Shown here: positions 18,846 to 29,142 of the stretch, one piece after another | Layout: the number at the start of each line of letters is the position of its first letter | Numbering within the stretch: position 1 is the stretch's first letter | Origin: an uncultured bacterium | GTDB taxonomy: Bacteria; Electryoneota; Electryoneia; Electryoneales; Electryoneaceae | Direction of reading: 5' to 3' | Length of the DNA: 49,680 nucleotides | NCBI GenBank assembly: GCA_913009835.1 | Contig: CAJVXH010000003.1 | Coordinates: forward strand, 1-49,680 | Notes under the pieces: model-generated | Told to the model about the DNA's origin: nothing | The model's input: the letters and a program-made list of their open reading frames with translations, nothing else | Database searches by the model: none | Position numbers and translations under genes: made by a program

Positions 18846-20789
18846 TCATATGGACTTCACCTCAGTGCTTGGCGACATCTGCTTGAATATCTGCTCCACG
18901 TTAATTTTGACCGCATCGGATACAAAACCGTTATCACGGAAAACCACTCTCAAAGGCTTATAGTTCGCCAACGCTTTAACGAGTTCCTCATCCATACCAG
19001 TATCAAAGCAGGCCACCAAGGCATTTTCATCCACAAAGAAAACGGTCTTTTTCTGGATGGTTTCCTTGCGGATGGGTAGCGACAAGTCCACACCCCAGTC
19101 AAGCAGTACTTGGAACAGTAGGTCTTCAGGGGTGCGGTCAGGCTTGATGTTGTCGGCATATAGATCGAGTTTGTCCTGTTCAAGGGCATCCGGAGTGTAA
19201 TAGATATCTGCCATATTGGATGAGTCGATTTTCAATACACGGAAACCAATATCGAGCTTTTCCGACTCGAGTGATTGGTGGGTTGTTTCTCCCTTGAAGA
19301 GGTCACTCTTCTCTTTCTCCGCCAGCTCATCTTCCATAGCAATCAAATCCGTCTTAATCATTTTCCCAGCACGACGGATTCGTTCTTTGCCGATTTCGGC
19401 AATAGTCTTATAGTTAGCCTTGAATGCCTCGGACTTTTCATCGCAAGATTCTGGTAGCTGGACCATGATATAACTACGATTGCCACCATCATCTGCGTTA
19501 AGCTGCATAGCAGCATGGGCTGTGGTTGCTGAGCCAGCAAAGAAATCCAGAATCAAAGATTCTTTATCGCACGCATGCTCAATGACTCTCTTGATTAACC
19601 TTATCGGTTTAGGATTTTCGAATAGTTTTGCATTAAACAGCATTGATAGATCGCTTGTACCTTCGTCTGTATTTCCCGCATACTCATGCTCCCAAAAATT
19701 TATTGGGGTAAGTCCTCTTGCCCCTGACAAGAACATTTTTATAGATGGCACGGGCTGCATTCCATCAACACCCCAATAGAGTATTCCCTCTTCTTGCAAT
19801 CGAGCAAATTCTTCTTTTGATCGACGCCAAGCATTCGTTGTTGGCTCTGTCGAGAGCCCTGTATTTGGATTAAGTATTGGATAACACAGGTTAGGTCTCT
19901 TTTCCGGCGTAGCCGGATTAAGGAAAGAGGCTCCTTTCCACACGCCTCTAGGATCATTGTCAGGATTAGTGTAGCGAGCGTCCGCTTCTTCAGTTCTCGG
20001 CAGCAAATTTACAATAAAATCACCTGATTTAGCGTACACGAATATGTGTTCAATTACTGTTGTGAAATCTACTGTGTTATTGCTTCTTGTGTATCTTTTC
20101 TGCCATGAAATATCCGATTTGAAGTTTTCTCCGCCGAAAATCTCGTCGCATGCTTTTCTTACATTGTGCGCTTCACCGTCATTGATGCTTATAAAAATTA
20201 CCCCATCATCCTTTAGCAGATTTCTTGCAAGTTTTAGTCTCGGATATACCATTGAAAGCCAGTCCGAGTGAAATCTTCCATTTGATTCAGTGTTCGCCAC
20301 GAGACGATTGCCTTCTTCATCTTTCTGATTAGACCGCTTCAAGAACTCTTCGCTGTTTTCAGCAAAATCGTCCTCATAGATAAAGTCATTCCCAGTGTTG
20401 TACGGAGGGTCGATATAGATCATCTTGACCTTTCCGAGGTAGGTTTCCTGTAGCAGTTTCAAGGCATCCAGATTGTCGCCCTCGATGAAAAGATTCTTCG
20501 TGGTATCAAAGTCCACACTCTCTTCACGGCATGGACGAAATGTCTTAGCGATGGGTGCGTTGGCTGTGAGCAAAGCTTCGCGCTTACCGGGCCAGTTTAG
20601 GTGGTAACGTTCCTGTGGACCTTCCACGATGGATTCCGACAATTCTTGCCGCAGTTGGTCAAAGTCCACCGAAAGCTTGAGTTTGCCGTTCTCATCATGG
20701 GCTTCGGTCACGCAGCCAGGAAACAAGTCACGGATACGAGCGATGTTATCCTGGGTCATGTTCGGCGAGTGCATTCTCATCTTTTCCAT
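18846..20789 (-). CDS. mod: Type III R-M adenine methyltransferase Mod subunit
   Basis: [34 protein letters not shown] and [13 protein letters not shown] motifs. Confidence 0.95.
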   Translation of the reverse strand: MEKMRMHSPNMTQDNIARIRDLFPGCVTEAHDENGKLKLSVDFDQLRQELSESIVEGPQERYHLNWPGKREALLTANAPIAKTFRPCREESVDFDTTKNLFIEGDNLDALKLLQETYLGKVKMIYIDPPYNTGNDFIYEDDFAENSEEFLKRSNQKDEEGNRLVANTESNGRFHSDWLSMVYPRLKLARNLLKDDGVIFISINDGEAHNVRKACDEIFGGENFKSDISWQKRYTRSNNTVDFTTVIEHIFVYAKSGDFIVNLLPRTEEADARYTNPDNDPRGVWKGASFLNPATPEKRPNLCYPILNPNTGLSTEPTTNAWRRSKEEFARLQEEGILYWGVDGMQPVPSIKMFLSGARGLTPINFWEHEYAGNTDEGTSDLSMLFNAKLFENPKPIRLIKRVIEHACDKESLILDFFAGSATTAHAAMQLNADDGGNRSYIMVQLPESCDEKSEAFKANYKTIAEIGKERIRRAGKMIKTDLIAMEDELAEKEKSDLFKGETTHQSLESEKLDIGFRVLKIDSSNMADIYYTPDALEQDKLDLYADNIKPDRTPEDLLFQVLLDWGVDLSLPIRKETIQKKTVFFVDENALVACFDTGMDEELVKALANYKPLRVVFRDNGFVSDAVKINVEQIFKQMSPSTEVKSI

Positions 20790-20801
20790 CGTGTTCGTCC
20801 T

Positions 20802-21488
20802 TTACAGTACAACTGTTGCCAAACGGCGGGTCAGATATCTTATGTCTGCTTTAAGTTTTCGGAGATCGGTATTGATGGCAACCTTGCGATTAAACTGTTT
20901 TTCTTTGTGAAGCCGAGTCTCGTATTTTGCCAACTCTCGCTGTTTGGAACGAATCTGTTCCATTCTTCCTACTTGGGCTTGCAGCTCTTCTCCCTCACGG
21001 GCAGGGAACGGCATTAAAGCTGTCAATATCTGTGCATACAGTGTTTCAAGATCCAACACCACCGGTAATGAGGGACGAGGCGTCTCGCTTGACAGCCAGA
21101 CGCTTTCAAAGTAGTCACTTACCAGCCATTTAGAACTGTCAGCCTCACTAGGTCGTTTATATGAAGCGACAACTTGAATCTTCCCTTCATACCATAACTC
21201 GTATAGGATGGGGAATGGGATTGCCTGGTCGATGCAATGCAAAACTACATGCTTAAGCTCACCCGTTTTAAGAGCAATCCTGAATACCTGAATTTCAGGG
21301 ACTGTCCGTGTTGGCTTCATATTGACCGTTTCGGGAGCTAGTTTGTACTGCCAGACTATTTTTTCAACCTGGCGAACAAACAGCTGTTTGACGGCAGTGC
21401 TTGGCCGTGCATGCTCATAGATCTTACTCTTGGGCAGCACACGTCCAAAGGAAGCGCTCTTTGGATAGTCGAAGAGGACGGTTTTCAT
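20802..21488 (-). CDS. DUF4391-family protein
   Basis: FGRVLPKSKIY, IVWQYKLAPET, IDQAIPFP and C-terminal coiled coil with EKQFNRKVAIN. Lies between the helicase and mod. Confidence 0.82.
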   Translation of the reverse strand: MKTVLFDYPKSASFGRVLPKSKIYEHARPSTAVKQLFVRQVEKIVWQYKLAPETVNMKPTRTVPEIQVFRIALKTGELKHVVLHCIDQAIPFPILYELWYEGKIQVVASYKRPSEADSSKWLVSDYFESVWLSSETPRPSLPVVLDLETLYAQILTALMPFPAREGEELQAQVGRMEQIRSKQRELAKYETRLHKEKQFNRKVAINTDLRKLKADIRYLTRRLATVVL

Positions 21489-24400
21489 TCTTCTTCCTGC
21501 ACTACGAAAAAGGCTACGAGTTCGAAATCATCGAGCCCCGCAATTGCATTCACCAGCGCAGTTGTCTTACCGCCAGTGAACAGGCTATCAATATCCCCTT
21601 CTTCTTTAACGTCAATCATTGAACGGATGGCTGAGCTAAGCAGGTCGGAATAAGCTTTCATGTCCCTGCCTTCATCTGTCCGATTATTGAACAGGCGACA
21701 TACATTTTGAATAGGTTCCTCCTGACCTTTGCAGCTAGTACGCACCAGGTCAAGAAGTGGTTTTACTTCGGTATGGTTGGCAATGACTTGACCATCGTTT
21801 GCGATATACGTCAGGTAGTAGGGATGCAACCTGTTCTGCTGGTTTATGTTAACGGCTTGATTGATATTACGAAGTGCGAAAATCACACCAGGGTGTAACC
21901 CTAGTTCGGGCATGGACGGTACAACTGCATGCATTCCGTTTGGTACGTTGGCAAGGTCGCCATTGGTTTTCACATAGTTCAGCAAGTCCATCCGAAAATC
22001 GTTCAAGCCAAGATCGGTGATAGAAACGCCGGTTTTTAAATCTTCAAGTTCGATCACTTCATCCTGGAGACGCCGAAGCTGCTCTTTTCGGTAGGAGACT
22101 TCGCTGCTCTTTGCCGTCAGAACATTGTCATCGCCGGATGCCGTTACGTCGGCGATTATCATCCGGTTCTCGACTCGTTCCTTAAGGTTAATGTATTCAT
22201 CTAAAGAAATATCCGGCCAATAGTTGACCAACTGAATGGTTTCATTAATGGACCCAATTCGGTCAATACGGCCAAAGCGTTGGATAATGCGGACGGGATT
22301 CCAGTGAATGTCGTAATTTATGACGTAGTCACAATCTTGAAGGTTTTGACCTTCTGAAATGCAGTCTGTGCCGATGAGAATATCTAACTCGTGTGGTTCA
22401 TCTGGCAGCACCAGTGCCTTTTCCTTGGCGCGGGGTGAAAAAAGTGTCAGCAGTGACTGAAAATCGTAGCTCTTTTTGAGTGTTGATTTTGGTGCGTCCT
22501 TGCCCGTCACTTTTCCCGTATGCAAGTCCTTAGTTGCTAAAATATCATCAGCCAGGTTGTCGTAAAGGTAATTGGCGGTGTCGGCAAAGGCTGTGAAGAT
22601 CAGAACCTTTTTATTGCCGTCATTGATGGGGTTTTCAATCTTGTTCTGGATAAGAGTTGTTAGGTGTTGAAGCTTGGCGTCGTCTTCAGGGGTGACTTTT
22701 GCCATTGAAACGAGCAAAGTGTTAATGACATCCAGATCGCAGTTCAGGTCATGTTCCCAGGATGGTACGTCCATATCTGCAAGGTTGATCTTGACCTTAC
22801 CGCCAATTTCATCATCCCCCAAGCTAGAAATATCATCTTCCTCAGCTTCAAGATTTTCCAGATAATCGGTACTGTCAGAAACGCTACCTGCGCTTCCAGT
22901 GGTCTTGAATAATTCGATTTTCTTCAGCGTACGATTGTGGTTGTCATACAAGCTTATTAGTGTAAGACGGAAGGCTTCAACAGAACTTTCAAGCCTCTTC
23001 AGAAGATTGGTCGTCATCAACGCCTGAAGACTTTTTTCCCGGTCAGCTTGACGTAGCTTGCCTTTACCACCTTCAACCTGTGTGTCATACAAGTCTTCAT
23101 ATTTCTTTAGTCGACTAGGCAGGATATAGCTAATCGGGGCATAAACGGCCAAATTGAGCATCGATAGCTGTTCAAAGATCTCGTTGAAATCCATGACACC
23201 CGGGCGCTCAGTAAGAGGAGAGCGGAACGACAAGGGTTTGCGACGCTCAGGAAACGGTCCAATATCGCTGACGTCATAATAAGTCTGGATATGCTTGCGC
23301 GAACGGGCAATGGTGACGCAATCCAGCAATTCAAAGAAATCAAAATCAAGGGATTCCAGAATAGCCCGTGGTGTGCGTTTTTCTAGGGGCAACGTCGTCC
23401 ACAGGTTGAAAACCATTTGGGCATTGCGGAATATTTCTTCCACCGTTTTGCCGGTTCGCAACTTCTTGCTAAGAACATCGGAGTCGCCTTCATAAGCCAG
23501 TGCGAGTTGGTTTCGCAGATCATTGAATCTGTTGTTGACAGGAGTAGCAGACAGCATCAAAACCTTTGTATTGACTCCCTGTCGGATGACCTGATTCATC
23601 AACTTCTGATATCGTGTTTCCCTGTCTTTAACTGCATCGTTATTACGGAAATTGTGTGATTCGTCGATGACAACCAGATCATAGTTTCCCCAGTTGACAC
23701 GGTTTAGGGGAATGCCAAACGAATCGCCCGACGTGCGGGACAGGTCTGTATGGCACAGGACATCATAATTGAAGCGATCTTTGGAGAAGATGTTGGTGGT
23801 AAGATTGCTGTTATAGTTTAACCAGTTGTCCGCAAGTTTCTTCGGACACAGGACAAGCACTGACCGGTTTCTAAGCTCATAGTATTTGATTACGGCTAGC
23901 GCCGAAAAAGTTTTCCCAAGCCCTACACTATCAGCCAAGATACAGCCGTTATAGGTTTCGAGTTTGTTGATAATACCAATCGCTGCATCACGCTGGAAGT
24001 TAAAAAGTTTGTTCCAGACTAATGTATCCTGATAGCCCGTCCGGTCGTTTGGCAAAACGTCTTCGTCGATATCATCAAGGAAATCACTGAAAATATTGTA
24101 GAGCATCAAGAAGTAGATGCGTTCAGGCGAATTTTCCTGATAGACTGAGTCGATATGATCACAGATTGCAGCCGTCACATCTTCTAGTTTGCCAGGATCA
24201 TTCCAGATTTGGTTAAAAAGCTGAAGGTAGGTCGAAGTAAATGCTGATTCATCAATGCGGTTTACGATGTTTGAAATGGCGTCTCCTCGCTGATATCCCA
24301 AGTCTACAGCAGTAAAGCCATGTAGCGGCATATAAGCTACTTCCGGCTCTGACCCTTGGATACATGCAAACTGCTGCATTGGGGACTTAGACTTATTGGA

Positions 24401-24757
24401 ACGGAATTTTGCTTTACGCCGCATCCAATCTGCGCATTCGCGGGCGATAGCCCGTTGGGTAAGTTTGTTTCGAAGCTGGATTTCAAACTCAGATCCATAA
24501 AGACTGCGTTCGCGGTCCGCCTTAGGAATGAAGAATTCTCGACTTTCCTTATTGATACTGTCTGTGACTTCATTCGGTACAAAAGTCGGTGCGGTGAAAA
24601 TGAATTCTAAGGACTCAATCTTTGAAAGTTCTGATTTCAGGGATTCATAGGCATAGATAGAAAAGCATGACGCAGCGATCTTAAGTTTGGTTTTGGGTTG
24701 GATGGAATACTTTAGATCGTCCCCCAGCAATGAATTGATATTGTCGATGATCTTCAT
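21485..24757 (-). CDS. SNF2-like SF2 helicase/ATPase with degenerate PLD-like N-terminus
   Basis: ILADSVGLGKT, DESHNFR, MLSATPVNN, TDCISEGQNLQ and QRFGRIDRIG motifs. Confidence 0.9.
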   Translation of the reverse strand: MKIIDNINSLLGDDLKYSIQPKTKLKIAASCFSIYAYESLKSELSKIESLEFIFTAPTFVPNEVTDSINKESREFFIPKADRERSLYGSEFEIQLRNKLTQRAIARECADWMRRKAKFRSNKSKSPMQQFACIQGSEPEVAYMPLHGFTAVDLGYQRGDAISNIVNRIDESAFTSTYLQLFNQIWNDPGKLEDVTAAICDHIDSVYQENSPERIYFLMLYNIFSDFLDDIDEDVLPNDRTGYQDTLVWNKLFNFQRDAAIGIINKLETYNGCILADSVGLGKTFSALAVIKYYELRNRSVLVLCPKKLADNWLNYNSNLTTNIFSKDRFNYDVLCHTDLSRTSGDSFGIPLNRVNWGNYDLVVIDESHNFRNNDAVKDRETRYQKLMNQVIRQGVNTKVLMLSATPVNNRFNDLRNQLALAYEGDSDVLSKKLRTGKTVEEIFRNAQMVFNLWTTLPLEKRTPRAILESLDFDFFELLDCVTIARSRKHIQTYYDVSDIGPFPERRKPLSFRSPLTERPGVMDFNEIFEQLSMLNLAVYAPISYILPSRLKKYEDLYDTQVEGGKGKLRQADREKSLQALMTTNLLKRLESSVEAFRLTLISLYDNHNRTLKKIELFKTTGSAGSVSDSTDYLENLEAEEDDISSLGDDEIGGKVKINLADMDVPSWEHDLNCDLDVINTLLVSMAKVTPEDDAKLQHLTTLIQNKIENPINDGNKKVLIFTAFADTANYLYDNLADDILATKDLHTGKVTGKDAPKSTLKKSYDFQSLLTLFSPRAKEKALVLPDEPHELDILIGTDCISEGQNLQDCDYVINYDIHWNPVRIIQRFGRIDRIGSINETIQLVNYWPDISLDEYINLKERVENRMIIADVTASGDDNVLTAKSSEVSYRKEQLRRLQDEVIELEDLKTGVSITDLGLNDFRMDLLNYVKTNGDLANVPNGMHAVVPSMPELGLHPGVIFALRNINQAVNINQQNRLHPYYLTYIANDGQVIANHTEVKPLLDLVRTSCKGQEEPIQNVCRLFNNRTDEGRDMKAYSDLLSSAIRSMIDVKEEGDIDSLFTGGKTTALVNAIAGLDDFELVAFFVVQEEE

Positions 24758-24966
24758 TTGTTTGATTCCTTCATGCTGCGATCTGCAGCACTACCAGCCT
24801 TCACCCATTCATCCACTTCGTCCTTCATGAATTTCCATAACCGACCTGCACGATGAGCAGGCATATTTTTAGTCGAGATCCACTTATAGACCGTATCCCG
24901 CTTGATACCAAGGTGTTCAGCGATCTCATCAACAGAAAGCCAACGTTCGGTGAGAGGCGTTTTCAT
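24754..24966 (-). CDS. Excisionase-like HTH DNA-binding protein (HTH_17)
   Basis: WLSVDEIAEHLGIKRDTVYKWI..MPAHRAGRLWKF..EVDEWV. First gene of the operon, overlapping the helicase start by 4 nt. Confidence 0.88.
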   Translation of the reverse strand: MKTPLTERWLSVDEIAEHLGIKRDTVYKWISTKNMPAHRAGRLWKFMKDEVDEWVKAGSAADRSMKESNK

Positions 24967-25502
24967 GATTTACTCCGAAGCAATAAGCCTTCGCCCACGT
25001 TACTCAAGACATTCAAAAACAGATGCCGCACGTAGCAATCAGCGATGGTCTAAGATTACGGAAAATCAAGCCGGGTTACAAGCTTCAACAAGGTTTAATG
25101 CGGTTGAAATCGGTTTAAGTGGTAAGCGAGAGTCAAATATCTTGGGGGCAGTTTTGTACGGATGGGCTTCGACATTATGTAAATGGAAAAAGTTGATACG
25201 GGATTGGGAATATCCCCATATCGCCCTATGCGCCCCACGAAAAAATTTGGAAAAATATATAGCCAGCCAGGGTTCGCTAGCTTCCTTGATCGCGTTTTGG
25301 GACCCACGCAGACTCGGGGTCTCTAACCGACCCGGTATTGTCCACATGGGGTACCGACCTGACAGAAGCTTTGTCGTGAATCGACTCCAGGAGGGGCGTT
25401 TGCATTTCAGAAATCACAGATAGTTCTTGATTTTTCCAACTTAACGCCCTATCTTGTAAAACTATACTAACTTCACCACACATACTGATTTCGGGAGATA
25501 CC

Positions 25503-27308
25503 ATGCGTTACCTGCCATTGTTAATCGCGCTTCTGCTGCCTGCACTCGCATATCCGCAACTCGCTTGGGAATCCCATGTTATTGACGGTGCATTCGAGGG
25601 TGCTTTCGAAGTGTGTGTTGCCGATGTAAATAGTGACGGTACCAAAGACGTGATTGGTACTGCCTATTTTGGGGACGACATCGTATGGTATGACAACATT
25701 GATGGGACAGGATTAAACTGGCTTGCGCACAGCTTAGATTCAGAGTTTTTGGGTGCCACTAGCCCTGATGCTGCAGATATCGATGGTGATGGTGATTGCG
25801 ATATCCTTGCCGCAGCAGACGGTTTGGATGAAATCGCTTGGTGGGAAAACGTGGATGGCGAAGGTTTGAACTGGACAAAACACTCCATAGATGCTGCATT
25901 TGACAACGCCGAATCTGTGCGTGCAGCTGACATTGATGGTGATGGTGATCAAGACGTTATTGGGGCGGCGTGGGTTGGTGATGATATCGTCTGGTATGAA
26001 AACACGCAGGGTGATGGATTGTCTTGGACACCTCATTCGTTAACCAGCGAATTTGATGGTGCTAATTGCGCCATCGCTGCGGATGTGGATTCAGATGGCG
26101 ACTTGGACATTATCGGTTCAGCTTCAATTGCCGGTGACGTTACATGGTGGGAAAATCTGGATGGCAACGGGTTGAACTGGTCCGAACATGTAATTGACGG
26201 CGAGTTTAGTGGCGCATATTTCGTGCACGCTACAGACGTTGATCTTGATGGTGACCTTGATGTGCTTGGTGCTGCTTACTTGGCTGATGAAATCGCGTTG
26301 TGGGTAAATATGAACGGTGACGGTACGGTATGGGAAAAACGTACTGTTGGTGGTAACTACAACGGGGCTTGGAGCGTTTCCACGGATGACATTGATGACG
26401 ACGGTGATATTGATATTCTAGGAGCAGCCGCATTTGCTGATGATATTTCGTGGTGGGAAGACGCGGACGGCAATAGTCAAAACTGGATCAAACACACCAT
26501 CGACGGCAATTTCGATGGTGCCCGTTGTGTAGTTACGGCCGACCTTGACCAAGATGGCGATTCGGATATCATTGGTGCAGCTCAGCTGGATTATTCGATA
26601 GCCTGGTGGGAACAAGTTCCCTTCCCGGTCCAACTCACGCTCACGCCAACATCACCTTTGACAATCCCGGCTGAAGGTGGCACCTTGGTCTACGATGCAC
26701 AACTGGTCAGCACGTTGCCCAACGCATATCCAGGTATTTACTACTGGACAAGCCTACTGTTGCCGAATGGCAATGAGTACGGTCCGTTGCTTACACAGCT
26801 ATTCAACCTACAGTCGTACATGGACTACACTGGCGTTGGTTTCACCCAGAACATTCCCGGATATGCACAAGCTGGTGACTACGAGTTCATCGCGCATGTT
26901 GGATACCAGCAGGGTTTAAACATCAGCGATTCCTTCGCGTTCAGTAAGGAAGGTGTATCCATCACTTCGAGGTCCTTTGTCAGCTGGGAATCAACTGGTT
27001 CGTTCACAGCTGTAACATCAGATGAATCAATAGAAATCCCCATTGAATTCCAGGTCAGCGATTCGTACCCAAATCCGTTTAACCCGGCGACGACGGTTTC
27101 CGTGGTGTTACCAAAGGCGTCTAAACTCAACGTCACCGTGGTTAACATCCTCGGCCAGCAGGTCGCAGAGCTGGCGAACGGTCAGTTCAGTGCGGGTAAT
27201 CATAATCTGACATTCGATGCATCAAACATGGCGAGCGGATTGTACTTCATTCACGCGTCCGTTCCCGGTCAGATGAATCAGGTGCAGAAGGTTATGCTGG
27301 TGAGGTAA
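25503..27308 (+). CDS. Secreted FG-GAP/VCBS repeat beta-propeller protein with C-terminal sorting (T9SS/FlgD-Ig-like) domain
   Basis: Signal peptide; seven ~51-aa repeats of ADIDGDGDxD..IxWWEN; C-terminal YPNPFNPATT..NILGQQV..ASGLYF..KVMLVR. Confidence 0.85.
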   Translation: MRYLPLLIALLLPALAYPQLAWESHVIDGAFEGAFEVCVADVNSDGTKDVIGTAYFGDDIVWYDNIDGTGLNWLAHSLDSEFLGATSPDAADIDGDGDCDILAAADGLDEIAWWENVDGEGLNWTKHSIDAAFDNAESVRAADIDGDGDQDVIGAAWVGDDIVWYENTQGDGLSWTPHSLTSEFDGANCAIAADVDSDGDLDIIGSASIAGDVTWWENLDGNGLNWSEHVIDGEFSGAYFVHATDVDLDGDLDVLGAAYLADEIALWVNMNGDGTVWEKRTVGGNYNGAWSVSTDDIDDDGDIDILGAAAFADDISWWEDADGNSQNWIKHTIDGNFDGARCVVTADLDQDGDSDIIGAAQLDYSIAWWEQVPFPVQLTLTPTSPLTIPAEGGTLVYDAQLVSTLPNAYPGIYYWTSLLLPNGNEYGPLLTQLFNLQSYMDYTGVGFTQNIPGYAQAGDYEFIAHVGYQQGLNISDSFAFSKEGVSITSRSFVSWESTGSFTAVTSDESIEIPIEFQVSDSYPNPFNPATTVSVVLPKASKLNVTVVNILGQQVAELANGQFSAGNHNLTFDASNMASGLYFIHASVPGQMNQVQKVMLVR

Positions 27309-27339
27309 TAAATCACGTTTGCAATTCCTGATAGACTAA

Positions 27340-27366
27340 AAGGGGGCGATGTACAATCGTCCCCTT
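27340..27366. terminator. Probable bidirectional intrinsic terminator
   Basis: AAGGGGGCGAT-gtaca-ATCGTCCCCTT hairpin between convergent genes. Confidence 0.55.
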
Positions 27367-27473
27367 GTTCGTTTATCATTTCGACTTCAGCCAATGCCAC
27401 AGCACACTGGCACCTTCGAGTGCAGATTCTGCGATCTTGCCGATCCTTTTCCAGGGGATTCTTGCCAAAAACA

Positions 27474-28214
27474 TCAGTCATCCTCCCCAGATACACGATC
27501 ACCCGGATCATCAAAGTCAGATTCAACGATGACACCAAAGGTCTGGCGACATTCATCACGCAAGGACATTGCGATATCCAGCTCATCCTGTGTGACGACC
27601 CGCTCTACCGAACACTTAATCTCGGCCCAGCGATAGCTGTTGCGTTGAATGTCATCCAGACTGAACCGTGTAACGACCGCAATTGCCGGTGCTTTTGACC
27701 TTGCAAGCCGCTGAACGTGATTACGCCAGTGCTTGATGCTGGTCGGTGACAGGTTGAATACGACAAGCTGTGGTTTGCTATCCAGAAACGTTAAGACAAA
27801 CAGACGGGCTTTATCCTTTGCTTGGGATGCGTGGATTTCACTTCCCGGCCTAGAAGTCACCTTGCCATCAATTGCGCTATATCGGGGGATCTGTTCACCT
27901 TCGACCCACAATGCACTAACGGTTTGACTGTAGACTACGATCCCGGTGAAAACGTTGTTTGGGACATCAACTTGGTCTTCTTGGTCAACACCATAGGAAT
28001 CACCATTGTCGATAAACATCCGGTGTCTGCCTGATGGACTGTGGTCGATGCGGACCCGAACAAGTGACGGTGGGATATTTTCCACCATCGTCGCGACTTC
28101 AGTTTCTACATCGATGTTGCTGAGTTGACTGATCTCGTCCAGAATAACAATGCCCGATTCATCAGAACCGGGCTTGCGAGCGACAGTACTGCCGTTGCTT
28201 TTTTGTGTTGTCAT
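27474..28214 (-). CDS. Phage-type hypothetical protein, possibly ssDNA-binding
   Basis: FTGIVV..ALW..SAIDG..RLFVL..NLSPTSIK..VVTRFSL pattern and an acidic C-terminal tail (ESDFDDPGDRVSGEDD). Coupled to the nuclease gene by a 4-nt overlap. Confidence 0.5.
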   Translation of the reverse strand: MTTQKSNGSTVARKPGSDESGIVILDEISQLSNIDVETEVATMVENIPPSLVRVRIDHSPSGRHRMFIDNGDSYGVDQEDQVDVPNNVFTGIVVYSQTVSALWVEGEQIPRYSAIDGKVTSRPGSEIHASQAKDKARLFVLTFLDSKPQLVVFNLSPTSIKHWRNHVQRLARSKAPAIAVVTRFSLDDIQRNSYRWAEIKCSVERVVTQDELDIAMSLRDECRQTFGVIVESDFDDPGDRVSGEDD

Positions 28215-29122
28215 GCAGCTTCCTCCATTTGAATGGTGAGTGTTTCAATCGATTTGACCTGGGACGCTGAAAGACCGTCAATTCGGCTATCGCCAGTGCA
28301 AATACCAGAATAGGTGCATGCAGGACAGTTGATCGTGCCCGGATTTCGTGGGAAAACACCACGGTTGATGTTTGATGCTATTGCAGCTACATCACGCTTT
28401 AGCACTTTCAGTTGGTCGCGTGAACGCGAAGTGAAACGTCGTGGATCGCCACGTTCATCACCTGCTTGGAATCCCTTTCCATTCCGCTTGTATGGTATAT
28501 GATCCCGTAACTGGTAGTACGCGATGACAAGTTTTTCCGGCGGAATTTCAAGCATCCGCATCGTGCCGTCTGGCAGTTTGAAGACTCCTTTCCAACAGGC
28601 TAGCGCGTACAATCCAAGCTGATAGTCCACGTCCAAGAACGTCTGGTTCGGTGGAAACTTCGATGACTTAAAGTCCAATAGCGTGAAGCTGTTGTCATCA
28701 TTCTGGCGAACCTGGTCAACCGTTCCGCTGAATGTGTTCCTGCCAACCTTCAGCACAAACTTGGCTTCAGACAGGATCACGTTTGCATCGTAGTTGTAGT
28801 CCTTCTCACGGTAGTTCTTCAGCATTTCGACCGCTTCATCCACCAGCTTTGCGATCGTTGCTTCACGGTCTTCCTTCCAGAAAATCGGAACATCGGATTC
28901 ATCCCCATGGAATTCCATCTGATCCAGTATTTCCAAATACCGTTCACGAATGTCCAACGACCAATCTATCGTGTGCAGTTCATCAATAATCTGATGAAGG
29001 ACGCTTCCGTGGACCGCTGCGATAGAACGGAATACAGAAGGGATTTGGTTTACGTACCGGTATTTGAAGCTGGCGGGACACCATAGGTAGGACTTGATGA
29101 GGGATTGCCTTAGAACGTTGAT
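28211..29122 (-). CDS. PD-(D/E)XK nuclease (RecB/AddB/Cas4-like, Fe-S cysteines)
   Basis: GTVDQV..LLDFKSS, YQLGLYA and C-terminal CPACTYSGIC. The frame stays open upstream of 28957 through SLIKSYLWCPASFKYRY and HGSVLHQ to an ATC at 29122 behind a strong SD. Confidence 0.82.
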   Translation of the reverse strand: MNVLRQSLIKSYLWCPASFKYRYVNQIPSVFRSIAAVHGSVLHQIIDELHTIDWSLDIRERYLEILDQMEFHGDESDVPIFWKEDREATIAKLVDEAVEMLKNYREKDYNYDANVILSEAKFVLKVGRNTFSGTVDQVRQNDDNSFTLLDFKSSKFPPNQTFLDVDYQLGLYALACWKGVFKLPDGTMRMLEIPPEKLVIAYYQLRDHIPYKRNGKGFQAGDERGDPRRFTSRSRDQLKVLKRDVAAIASNINRGVFPRNPGTINCPACTYSGICTGDSRIDGLSASQVKSIETLTIQMEEAA

Positions 29123-29142
29123 AGATAACCACCCCCTTTCGA

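Noticed and set aside
18846-20789. Phase-variable mod (phasevarion)
   Set aside because: No simple-sequence repeat tract seen in or just upstream of mod.
24754-24966. HTH gene as the element's excisionase
   Set aside because: It is coupled to the helicase/R-M operon and lies ~5 kb from the att end; an operon regulator is more likely, though an excisionase role is not excluded.
27278-27586. Minus-strand 102-aa ORF with a Cys-rich stretch
   Set aside because: Overlaps two better-supported genes and runs through the terminator; at most a short remnant.
28211-29122. Cas4 of a CRISPR-Cas system
   Set aside because: No cas1/cas2 or array; solo Cas4/RecB-like nucleases are common in mobile elements.
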